A stretch of 64,000 nucleotides of DNA from Cenococcum geophilum (Eukaryota), in contig CP158636.1 of assembly GCA_050273025.1 (NCBI GenBank), forward strand, positions 9,796,001 through 9,860,000, read 5' to 3'. How positions within the stretch are numbered: position 1 is the first letter of the stretch; the number at the start of each line of letters is the position of its first letter. The notes under the pieces are model-generated. The model did not search any database and was not told the DNA's origin. It saw only the letters and a program-made list of their open reading frames with translations. Positions 52,701 to 64,000 of this stretch are shown here, in pieces. Position numbers and translations under genes: made by a program.

Positions 52701-53544
52701 AAACGTGCTGAATGTGGAGGCACATGGCAGACCCAGGATGCAGGAGTCCGGATAAGATTTGTACTACGGAGGGTTAACCGCGCTCTTGATCTTATTCAAA
52801 CGACAAAGGGAAATTGTGGTTATCTATGAGCAGCAGTTAATTCCCGTAAAAAGATCATAAGGCCGGAACAACTTCAAAAGGAAAATATCTACTGACATAA
52901 TTGCGAATCCAATAATCTTAATAGCCACAAAGATTTAGCTGCTCTGAAGCCGGGACTGATTTGCAGTGCTCATTCATGGCGGCACTGCAGGCATAGATGT
53001 TGCCATACATGCTTTTGACGAGTGTTAGAGATGCTTAGCAGAGGCATCACTCTTTGGTTTGCTAGGTCTCAGCGCATCCTCGCAAGCGCCCATGGGCCAT
53101 GGCGGTATTCTTCATTTCAATACTAGGCAGGAGATTTCGGAAAGCGATGGTACTCTTCGTTATGTGAGGCTGAGGCACAGAGGATCGCATGAAAACCGTA
53201 GACAAATCACTAAGCTGTAGATAGATCACTAAGGCTGTGTATCACGCAGAGAATTGTAAAGGGGAGCGAATTGGATGGATAAATGGCGCGGAATATACTC
53301 CTTGATATGGAGAAAGAGCATCGGGGGTTGTGCTGTGCCGCAGCCCTCCACCGGCGATAAACCCCGCGCTAGCGCCCTTTCGGACTGTATTATGCCAATT
53401 AGTGATAGGGCAGCTGCCACTTTGCCTTACTGGAAGAGGAGTTAGGTTCGCACAGCTGGCCTCGAGGCAGCAGAGCTAACTATTAGCTGGGGAGCTATAA
53501 GAGAAAATTACAGGGCCAAATAGTGCCATGTGCCAGCAGTTTTG

Positions 53545-53577
53545 AACAAATCCGAACAAATCCGAACAAATCCGAAT
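53545..53577. repeat. 10-bp tandem repeat (gaacaaatcc)x3
   Basis: Directly visible. Confidence 0.9.
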
Positions 53578-54401
53578 GTACAAGCATGATTTGTGGCACA
53601 TGTGCAAGCCTTGGAACGCTAGTGTACCTCTGGTCAGGTAAGACTCCTATTTCTTTGGCGCTAAAACATGGATTAACCTAGTATGCTGCCAGATCGAGAC
53701 ATCCTTGGTATTGGGTCACCAATCTGCGAAATCTCTAAGTTGTTCTAGAGGCTTGGGATCTTGAACCGTTCAACCTACCAAACACCCGGGTAACAGGACA
53801 ACAAGTGGCGCCAATGGCTTACCAGGAAGTCAATTTTGACAGGCGTGCACCCGTTTTCACGCTGCTCATGCCAATTGGCCTCAAAAGAAATCCCGGGATG
53901 GTCCTCGACTGAGGAGAGATGATGCAGCTGCAGCTGATGTAACTACCGTACTCTCTGACTCGCCTTGATATTTGCAAGCTTGTTCATACGAACGGATCCT
54001 TAAGAGGCCTGAGCCCCAGAGATGTTTCCTTGCGTGCGCCATCGCGGGAAGTGCAGTTTAACTTGCAAGAAAAAGCGGATAGAAGCAAGGAAGGCCCCTT
54101 GTCACGTCCAGAGGGTGTTTGGACACCATCAGAGCATGTGCTCGTAAAAGATAGTTTGACTATGGTAATTTTTGCGGTGGGATGATATTTGCAAACCGAG
54201 ATGAAAAATTGAGCATGCCAAATCTTGTAGCAGAAAACAAGGGGGCAGTTCTCAAGACTCGAAAACCCATGTTAAGGCCCATTCTAGAGCATGTGCGCTA
54301 AGGATGGCCGCTTCGGGGACTTACAGACAGAGCTCATACAATTCTGCCAGATTTGGAAGGCATCAGTCTCTTATTACAGGTTTCTTTCTTAGCTCCCTTA
54401 C

Positions 54402-55473
54402 CTAGCAACCAATAGAACCGTTTGCAATCACTGGACCCTGTACCTGACTAATTGACGTTGTCTCTTTGTCTAAGCGCACCTTGAGGACCATCCCCATATG
54501 TTCGGAATTATTGAGTCTATTAACCGCCTGTTGTGCTTCTTCTTTTGTTGCAAACTGCGCTGTAGCTGAACCTTTGAACCTGCCAGTACTTGCATCTCTT
54601 AGTAACTCTGAACGTATTGGCCTCCCAGCAACCTTCAGGAGCGCTTCAAGTTCTGAAGGCCCAACGGAGAAGCTCAAGCTACTAATGAAGATGCCACGAG
54701 ATTCAGTAAGCATTGCACCATGTCTAACATTGACGGGAATCCCACTGCCCATTGAAGAATACAATGGTGCTTGGGTGATAGAAAGCGTCCTCGGTGTCGC
54801 AATTACCGGAGATATTGGAGTCGTGTAGTATGGATACTGTGTCGTTGTCTGGGTAATTTGCTGGGTGGACGTATATTGATATGGCGTTGTAGGTACAGCG
54901 ACCGGAGTGGGGACCATGGCTGCAATTGGTTCTGATTTGAACATGCTACGGGCGATTAGATGGGTGTTCAGAGCGGCCCGTCCTGGTGAGTGAGAGCCAC
55001 GGCTGAGATCGGGATATTGTGTAGAGCAATTACATCTTGTCAGAGGTGGTTCTACATTAAGGTCACGGTCGCGTGAGAGTTCCCACTGGTGAACTAGCAT
55101 CTCACGATGGGTAGGATTTTGTGCGAATCGGTCTAAATCAGACACAGAAGTTAGCAGAGGAGCCCTATCTACTTATTTCCACTCACTTACTATATGCTCT
55201 GTCAGCGTCGTCTACACCACAGATCCGGAAGTAGCCCTCTGTTACGGTGCTGGTTGAACTGCGTTTCGTTTTGAACACTTCAGTCCAGCCGGGTTGATTA
55301 TTCGCATGTTTTCTGATATAATCTTTCAGATCCTGCCAGGTCCAATGATCAGGAAGCTGAATGATAATGATTAGCCCCACCTATTAGTACGGGTCGGAAG
55401 AATCTACCCCTGTAATCCAAATGAAATGCTCTGATTTAGCAGGGCTCCTGTTTTGCGATGTTGACATTGACAT
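54402..55473 (-). CDS. Two-RRM RNA-binding protein, 320 aa; exons 55473-55408, 55356-55191, 55132-54402
   Basis: GT..CTAA(T/C)..AG introns of 51 and 58 nt join in frame; RRM1 FIWITGLPDHWTWQDLKD...GYF; RRM2 GIFISSL...KGSATAQF...A..LN....G..LKV; Q/T/P/Y-rich linker; no RIP signature. Confidence 0.88.
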
Positions 55474-57009
55474 GTTGAAGTGAATTTAGAAGAAGGAAAA
55501 TTACACGAAGAGGTGTGGGTCGGGTTCTGAGATGGTAATACAGATAATATGCTGATGGTTATGAAAGATTAGTATGATTTTGGCAAGACAGGATCGAATT
55601 CATTTACCTACGATTATAAATGGATCTATGTGAGCACTTTGTATAAACACTGCTGTAAATAATACTGAAACTAAGTTGCCGCTTTGGAGACTGAACGATC
55701 ATAAGAGTTGGCAAAAGATGGAAGGTCAAGGCCAGTGGCATTTCATAAATAGTACTACATGCACTTACGTTGCGGTAGGAGTAGGATCTGTCAATGCATG
55801 CGAAATAGGCTTGCATAGGAAAGTAGCCCCTGTTGGTAGGCACTTAGTCGGTCATGGATATGAGTTGTTCTTGAATTTCCGCATTTATAAGAAGTCGGAC
55901 CGTGTATCAGCCTGTAATAGCGGCGTCTATAGCGCCTCTAGGCTATGCGCAGGAGAGGTGATTATGTTGGTGCACTTGCCAATAGACAAGGTGGCTGTGG
56001 GGCGTACCTAGACCGGAAGCCATTCTCGGATTAAGGAGCAGGTCGCATAGGCCGTCTTCTTCACCTACTGCACTATTTGTTGTTGCCTTGAAGGTGTATT
56101 TGACGCCACAGGTGTTACATTGAAGCTGAATTTCGAAAAGTGTAGGTTATTGGCTGGGGCGCCTGGATAAAGTTAGCGTCTAGAAGCGGTCTATCGAAGC
56201 CACCTTGTGTTACACAAAGATCGGCGTGAGGTTCGAAGTGATAACAGATGGGCCTGGGAGTACCCCTACACTAGAAATAACGGAAATTCTAGACATCTAA
56301 CCATTAGCAGAGGTAGAGAATGTCTAATACGCTCATCCGTGTTCATAGCAATGTAGATAAGACATTTAAATTAAACGATGCACATCGGATTGTTGAGGAG
56401 TAGGAGGTTAGTCTGTGTCAGCGGCGGATAATAAACACGGACCGAATATAGCGGGTGCAGTTTGTCATTTTGTCTAAGGCTTCAACTGTACTGGGCTCTC
56501 CCAAAAGGTACATATCAGATCAGAGTGTAGTTAGACAGATAAAGGTTTCACCAACGCCCTAGAGAAGACATGGTTAGACAGATAGATAAGGGGCGAAAAG
56601 TTTTACTAGTGTCTTAGAAGGATTATAAAGGGAGCTATTTCTCCTCTAAAGAAGAACCAGTAATTATTCTTTAAATATATAAAGTATATTCTATCTTTAA
56701 CTTACTTATACCTTACCTGTAATTCCTATTTAATACTATTAATTGAATAATTATATATTCTAATTAAACTAGCCTATTATAATTCTAATTACTTATAATC
56801 TATTAATTAATAATAATATGCTATACTTTCTTACCTTTAAAAATAACGCCTTTACTATAAGAGGTCAATAGAGTCCCTCTAGTAAAGCGTATCCCCTCTA
56901 CTTATAAAGGAGTAGATTAAGAAGCTATAGCTAGATTATTTAATTATATAAAGCTCTTAGAGATAATTACTATTAGGGAGTTATTAAAGCGGTTACTATA
57001 TAAAATTCT

Positions 57010-57283
57010 ATAGGATAAGCTGGAGAGGGAAGTAGTGGTACTTAAGGAGTTCAAAACATCTAAGGAGGTAGGACGTAGCCGTAGGCCCGTAGGGCCGCCG
57101 CTACGGACGGACATGGCAAATCGGGGTTTTTCATCCTACTGAGGTGGCTTATAGGTTTTTCCTCCCCCAACCCAACTGCAGGGTTTTCTTCCTGTAAATA
57201 CACAAGTTTTCCCCCTGTGACAGAGTAGTCTGCGTGGGCCAGTAGGATCCGTATCAGACGTTAATCAAAGAACTACTACTACT
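57010..57283 (+). mobile_element. 5'-truncated Tad1-like LINE (or SINE) fragment ending in (ACT)4; left boundary uncertain
   Basis: 57223-57271 resembles the LINE-2 terminus (42135-42186); trinucleotide tail 57272-57283; GC-richer than its flanks. Confidence 0.7.
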
Positions 57284-57428
57284 ATATTAAAACTACTAAA
57301 AATAATTGCAAAAATAGATAGGAGAAGTATAGATACCCTAGATATAAAACGGACATAAAGTAATAATCTATACTATATTATAGTATTAAGAACCCCTAAA
57401 TTCTATATAAAAGACCTTAATAAGTATA

Positions 57429-58832
57429 TGTAACGGGACTAGCCTAGTTATAGTAGGAATGTCTCAGTGAAACACTTGATAGATAAATTCCGACGCTTTA
57501 ACCAAATTCTGCCAGATTAATTGAATTCTACTAAAGTCGGTTAAAGACCGCGTGCGTATATACGCACGCATCGACCACTAAGCCTCTAACTATTTAATTA
57601 TATAATTCTATTGTTATTTCTTTCTCTTCTTTACGCAACGTCTTGTTCTTAGCAAGAGCTATATACCCTTAGATTTAGATAGAATTTATATTATTCCTTT
57701 AAATCTTCCCTAAAGTCTCTCCGCGCCCTTATATTACGTTATATTAAAATAACTACTATTAAAATAGTAAACAAACTTAAACCTACTGCGTTAACTATAA
57801 TATAACAGTCCTTTATAGATGCTTTGGCCCAATAGTAAGCAATATTAGAAGCTTAGTACTAGTAATTAATAGGAGTAATCTATAAAAAATTCTGTAATCT
57901 TAAAGCACTTATATTAGAGACCCTAATAATAATACCTATAAATAAAATTAAAATAATTATATATAAACCTAGCCCGTTAAATATAAACCCTTAATTAGTA
58001 ATAGTAATTTAACCTATACCTATAATAAACCTAATATCTACTATAAAATTTAAAAAGCTCCCTAACCCTTTAATGTTTAATAGAAATTAAAATAACCTAT
58101 ATCCCTTTATAACTAAGCTCCGTCTTAAACTTTTAATAAACTATAACTAATACCCTACTAAAGCTAGTAAGATTAGCTATAAAATATTATATTTAAGTAA
58201 AGATGCTATATAAACTATAGACCTATTCTTCTATAATAATACCTTTATTAATTTTAAAATCTTTATTTCTCTATAAGAACAAATATATAATAACGCTAGC
58301 CGTAAATATACAGCTATTACTAAACTTAAAACCCTATAATAACGGAACCGAGACTTTACTAGCTTTTTTTAGAATTTTTAGGCCTTATTAATAAACTAGA
58401 TTAGAATAAAGCCGCTAGAGTTACTGCTCTCCATTAAGCTATTTTAGATAAAATTAAAGTATAGTTAGTAGGTAGAGAACTATTAAAGGACTTACCTAAA
58501 TTTGCTATAATATATTAACGAATTAATAAGGACCTTTAATATAATAAATAGACTTATTTCTTAAAGCTAACTATACCTTATATTTAAAACTTTATAAAAC
58601 TAGTATATACCTTAAAGTGCAATTAGTCTTTAAGACCTAAAAGCCCTATATATAACCCTATAAACCTTAATACCACCTAATTCTATACGCCCTTAAGAAC
58701 TAATAAATAAAGAACTTAAGCCGTAAATAAAGGATACTTTAGATATAGTAAAAAGGGATATATTTAAAGGAATTGTTAAACTTACCCTTTTAAAAAGATC
58801 TGCTATAGTTCCTTTTAATCCTTAAATTATAC
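57429..58832 (+). mobile_element. Gypsy C2: 5' LTR (57429-57733, 305 bp) and gag, interrupted by Copia E
   Basis: LTR ends and gag match the reverse complement of C1 47380-48655. Confidence 0.88.
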
Positions 58833-61764
58833 TATTTGTACCAACTTAATGATATAAGTGAGTCATATCCTAGGGCACGAAATACGTATAGTATCGTATG
58901 CTCTTTGGGATAGTGATAACTATTAATTGTATAAAGCAGACTACGTGGTCTATATACTAATGCGCCTCCCCCCTAATTAGTTAGTGCTTTATAAGTGCAC
59001 TAGACGCGTAAGTAAGTGGTTAGTGCACCGAACGCGTAAACGCGTACCTAGCGTACCGAACGCATAGGCACGTGGTCGGTACGACAGGTGCTGTAATTAT
59101 ATACTGGCGGTACTTAAAAAATGAAGCCACCTGTGTATAGCCTCTGTAATTGCTCTAATAGAACCGTAAAATATAAAAGAAAATACATAGGAAACTCCTC
59201 CTAAGGTGCCTTCTGGGCTACCTTCTAAACGGTGCCCTAAGCTAGCCGTAAGTCCTGCTTATGGTCCGTAAAATGAACCGTACGGCCTTTTAAAGGGCTA
59301 TAGACGAGCCGTAAGTTAGATCTTAAGGGCTACTAAGGCGCTAGTGCTAAGCGAGCTAATGGCGATTTTCTATCCCGGGGATGGAAAATCGTAATTAGTT
59401 AATTTAACTACCCTAGCAGAATATGGCAGAATTCGGCAGGTTATATAAGTCTACTAAGTTCTATTGCAGCTTTCTACCGTTTTCCACCTAATAGCTTATA
59501 GTCTGTAGAATAAGCCGTATAATAAGCCGTACGGTCTTTTAACGGGCCGTAGGTGTACCGTAGGTACTCCGTTAGTCCCACTCTACCTATTTTATAACTT
59601 TTAGGTTAAGCTTATTCGTATTAATTAGGGTTTTAAGGGATTAATATGGCTTTGCCTTAGTTATAGCGTCTACTAAGTTATTTCCGCCGCTAATCTATTT
59701 AACCTTTGTAATTTTACGTTGTTTGTAGGCCTAATATAAGTACATTAGGTTAATTATAAGCCTCTTCTCTTATATCGTACCTAGTTTAACTAGGTAGTTA
59801 TAGAGGGACTTTAAATTAGTGTATAAAACTAGGGGTAACTACTCTAGTTATAGAATCTTCTAGACCGTTAATTTAATTGCGGCTGCTATATTAAAGCTAT
59901 AAGCTAGTATATATAGTTTAGAAGCTAGTACACTATAGGTTACTTATTTACACTTAATTAAAGACTAGTACAGTATATTTGCGTCCTAATTACGGTCCGT
60001 AAGTATAATTATAAAGCCGATTTGTGATAATAGGTCTTTATTATTGGCAAAAAAGGCGTCTATAAATACTAGTAAGCTAAGGGAACTTAGGTCTAGTGGT
60101 ATAAAAGTAAGTCCCCTTACTACATTGTCTATTTGCCACTAAATACGCTTATTAAGCTGCTTAATATTTTCTTCTTACGGATCTACTGCCTAGGCTATAA
60201 AGGATAAATTATAGGCAGATTTAGGTTAACAGACTATAGCAATATAGGCGCCTTTTATACGCTGTGCAATATATTAGTCCTTTATATTTACGGTCTTGCG
60301 GGTCTCTCCGTAAGAGCTAGTAAGGTCTATAGGCTTTACTGTAACGGGCTTTAGGTTTTAAGCTTAGCGTTCCTAAGTTAGCTTAATTAGGTTGCCCTTT
60401 TATATAATTAGGCCTCTATTAAACTTAATTGGATTCTACTTAGTTAACTACTCTTACAGCTTTACTAAGAACTTAGCCTTTTATAGTTTAGTTTCTTTAG
60501 CGTCCGTAAAGGTCTAGTCTACTAGGAATAGGGTATTATCTATTTAGAGTCTAATAATACTAAAGTTATTTAATAGGCTGTATAGGAGGCAGGGGTAATA
60601 GGTCAACTGTTCTATTTTAAGCTTACTAACGTAATGCTAGTGGTATGTCTTAAACTAATGGTTTCTAGCTTCCGGTACTCCGTAAAGAGGTTTTATAACC
60701 TATAGAATTGTTCCTAGTTATAGGTTAAGCTTATAGGGTGGTCGTATAAAGATGTCTCTACTTAGGTAGGTATTAGACTGTATATAGGCTTGCGAGATAT
60801 TTTATAAGTAGAGGGCTACGGGTTTAGTTTACTGTAGTCCAGGCGTAAGTATAAGTATAATCTATTAACTAACTTGTTAAATTATAGGTAATTGCGTAAG
60901 GACTAAGCCCTTTCCCTAGTCGTTATAAGCTTGTACAATAAGCCTTAATTTCTTAAAGGCTTTATTAGTACTAGGGTGCTTAATCTCGTTAATAAAGCGT
61001 AAGTTAAATATACGGACGCCTTACGGAACCTCTCTCTCTATTATAACCGTAAAGACGCCCTTTTTAAGTAGTCCGTTAATCTCTTTGCGTTATAAGTCCG
61101 TAAAAGGGGCTTCCTATACTAGAACTGATATATCTATAAGCGGAGATTGCTTTACAGATGTGCCTATAGAGGTTAGGTAATTCTCCATTATAGGGTTCTT
61201 ATAGGGGCGTCCTCGGCCACGCTTTATAGTAGGTTTAGTAGGTTTAGTAGGTTTCTAAGGGACCTCTAGGGTAGGTAAGGGTGCTTTTAGTTTATTTAAT
61301 TCGGCGGGTGCTTTTAGTTCATCTAATTTAGCGGGTGCTTTTAGTTCGTCTGGCTTAATATTATAGGTATTTTTGAACTGAAAATAGGGTTTTATAGATA
61401 TGCTTCTAAAGCTTATCAGTCCGCTAGGGAGCTATATATAGTAGGTCTCGTCTTCTACGGCTAGTAGACGGTAAGGTCTAGTCTAATTACCGCTTTTACG
61501 CTATATAAGGACTTTAGAGTTAAGCGGGAGGTTATATACTAGGGTTGTATTAAGTCCGTTGCGGTAGTATAGGGCGTTATTAACAGTTTATTTAGCCCGC
61601 AATTTGACTATTTTAGCCATTGCCTTCCGTATTATAGCTGCTTAATCCGTAATAGATAGGGTAAGAGGGTCCAGTTTGCTTATCCTTAGGTAGGCTCTAT
61701 AGACTAAGAGGGTAGGTACTAGTCTATTAGGGTTAGTGGTGTTATTAACGGCTTTTACGGCTAT
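58833..61764 (-). mobile_element. Copia E (GalEa-like), 3' half; probable 3' LTR ~58833-59086; interrupted by element F
   Basis: Minus-strand RT (KPLYGVPEA.N, G(L)(Q)(T)D(D)T ~60530-60570) and RNase H (DA(M)TKAKP ~59645-59675). LTR limits are tentative because only one copy is in the window. Confidence 0.82.
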
Positions 61765-64000
61765 TGTCACGGCACCGTTACAGACCCTAGTCAGGGGCTC
61801 GCTTGGAGACTTGGCGCCTGTATATAGACGTGTCCTTTCCTCAACCTTCTCTACTCCTTAGCTTAGTATCTTCGTAATACAGCATTCTACAAGTTTTGGT
61901 TTAGAGGCATTTGTACGAGCCGTAATATTATACTAAGCTTACCCACCTGGGGGGGACTTCATTTGTTTGGAGCTCCCTCTTTACCTCGCCTAGGAAGGCC
62001 TGGATAATCTCCCACCCCTATTCCGCGTGTTCTAAGAGGACACGCGTTAAATACCCCTAGCTACGCATTGTTGACGCATTAAGTCGCTATTATTAATACT
62101 AGGAGCCGGTATTTAAGCAGCTAGAAGGTCTCCTGTGGATAAGGATAACTGCCTAGGAAGGCAATAATATCTTACCCCTCTAACCTTTTTAACTAAGATA
62201 GAGTTGTATAAGCTACAGAGATAACCTTAGTTAAGACTTAGCCTAGTGCTATAAGGAATAAAGGTACTAATCCCGTAGTATTGGCCAAGACAAGCCGAGA
62301 CATAACCCGCGCTATACTATTAGGCGGTAAGTATATATTGTCCGTAAAGTCCTCTAGAATAAATCCTACCCGTTATCCTCTGGCTACTATACTGCGATAA
62401 CCACCCCAATTAATACTAAGCCGTATAAGGAGAGACGAAATTGATTAGGAAAGACTTAACGCTTACACTATACTGCTACCCTAAACCCCTAAAACCCGAT
62501 TACCGACTATGCCGATATGCCTACAGTCTAATTAACTAAATAATCGCGCCAATACGCCTGCAATCTAAATGCGATTTAAATGCGGCCTAAATGTAATTTA
62601 AAAGCAAACCTAATAACCTGTTACGCTAATATGCCTATAACATAACTCTCTAACCTGTCTATAAACGCCTTATAGACGCCCATTAAGTTCTTATTAACAA
62701 CCACCATATCTAATTAACTCGAACATTACTATTAACTTAGATAGTCCCTTAATCTTACGGCCGAATACATTTATATCCTACATATAGGGGTACTAGGAAC
62801 CTAGGGAAGAATTTAAGTAATTTATAGCACTCTTAATTAGGAGAATAGATTAGGAGAATTATTCCAATTTATAGCACTCTCTAACAGCTCTATAGATAAG
62901 CCTATTTTATCTCTACAACCTCTTATAAACTATTAACGCGTTTCTCTTAATAACCTTTTATACAACCTTCTATAAATAAGATAGCTTGCCATTATAAAAG
63001 CATATCTTGCTATTTATCAACTACTCTTAAATTAGCCTTTATAACGGCTAACCTTTAACCCTATAACCCCCTATAAAATATTAATACGTACCCTCTTAAT
63101 ACTATTTATTAACTACCCTTAAAACTGCCTACTACTTAACGGTAGTTCTCTTTAAATAATAAGCTACGAATCTGCTATCTAATAGTATCTCTTCTTTCTT
63201 TAAATACTATTATAGCTTACCCTCGTACGACTATAATAAGAATTAAAATATTGATACGTACCTTCTCGATATATTTTTTAATACCTTTAAATATTAATAA
63301 CGTTTTAAACTACCTACTAATTAATAGTAGACCCTAAGAAACCGACTGAATAATAGCGCTAATACGCCTGCTATTACGACTTTAATAATAACTGTATGAG
63401 TTCGTTAATAATCGACTACCTCCCTTACTAATTTAATTGTTTTCTTCTCCACCTATGGTGATCCTTTTTAACTAACACTAAGCTACGCATACTAAGGAAT
63501 GACTATAGCTAATACTGAGTTATATAAGCTTTACCTTAAGTATTTATATACTTTAATAATGAGGTTAATATTAAGCTGTATAAGCTTTAATAACGAAATC
63601 GATTTAGACGAACTAGACCAATAATAGCGCTAATATGCCTGCTATCTTAACCTAATAATAACTGTGCTGCTCCTATAGTCTAACCAATAGACTAATTGCG
63701 CTGTTACGCCTATGATCTAAATGCGATTTAAACGCGATCTAAACGTAATTTAAATATAAACCGACTAACTAATTGTGCTATTATGCCTATAATCTACCGA
63801 CCAAATGACCGCGCTAGTATGCCTATAATTAATCGACCAATGATAGCGCCGATATGCCTGCTATCGCGAACAATAACGATCGCGTTAATGCACCTGCGAT
63901 TTACTAGCTAACTGATAGATTAAGCTCCGGACGTTTAACCTACTATTACTACCTGACGCTTGCACCGTACTGCTATTATAATACTATTGCTGCTCTGCCT
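61765..64000 (+). mobile_element. LTR retroelement F: 163-bp LTR (61765-61927) plus internal region with degenerate repeats; runs off window; orientation tentative
   Basis: tgtcacgg...ccgtaata (RIPed ccgtgaca) terminal inverted repeats; abruptly breaks the Copia E integrase; no pol motifs visible. Confidence 0.65.

Noticed and set aside
51898..53420. Short ORFs in the GC-balanced island
   Set aside because: All under 115 aa, with no recognisable motif or consistent splice pattern.
54466..54828. 120-aa plus-strand ORF
   Set aside because: Antisense shadow of the RRM exon.
56600..57428. RIPed flank as a named element or gene
   Set aside because: No recognisable motifs or termini apart from the LINE fragment, and its candidate TSD is imperfect.

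Overview
This is eukaryotic DNA from a filamentous ascomycete. About 90% of the window is nested retrotransposons inactivated by Repeat-Induced Point mutation (RIP): strong TpA excess, CAA/CAG/TGG codons turned into stops, and paralogous copies differing almost only by C>T/G>A. Left block (1-49730): an outer Gypsy/chromovirus (A2) hosts three insertions. The first is Gypsy B1, which carries a solo LTR and Gypsy A1, and A1 carries a full-length RNase H-containing LINE. The second is a 1.44-kb non-coding, LINE-tailed element with a 35-bp hairpin array. The third is a reverse Gypsy C1, which carries a full GalEa-type Copia and a full Gypsy B2, and B2 carries a second LINE. A ~6.3-kb non-RIPed island (about 50280-56600) holds one intact three-exon gene for a 320-aa two-RRM RNA-binding protein. 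Right block (56600-64000): a LINE 3' fragment, then Gypsy C2 > Copia E > LTR element F. Most notable: the SINE-like hairpin-array element, a spliced antisense Cys-cluster ORF in Gypsy B, a palindromic 3'-UTR element shared by two Copia families, and a Gypsy whose two LTRs share the same central deletion. Boundaries were read by eye; family names are inferences from motifs, not database hits.
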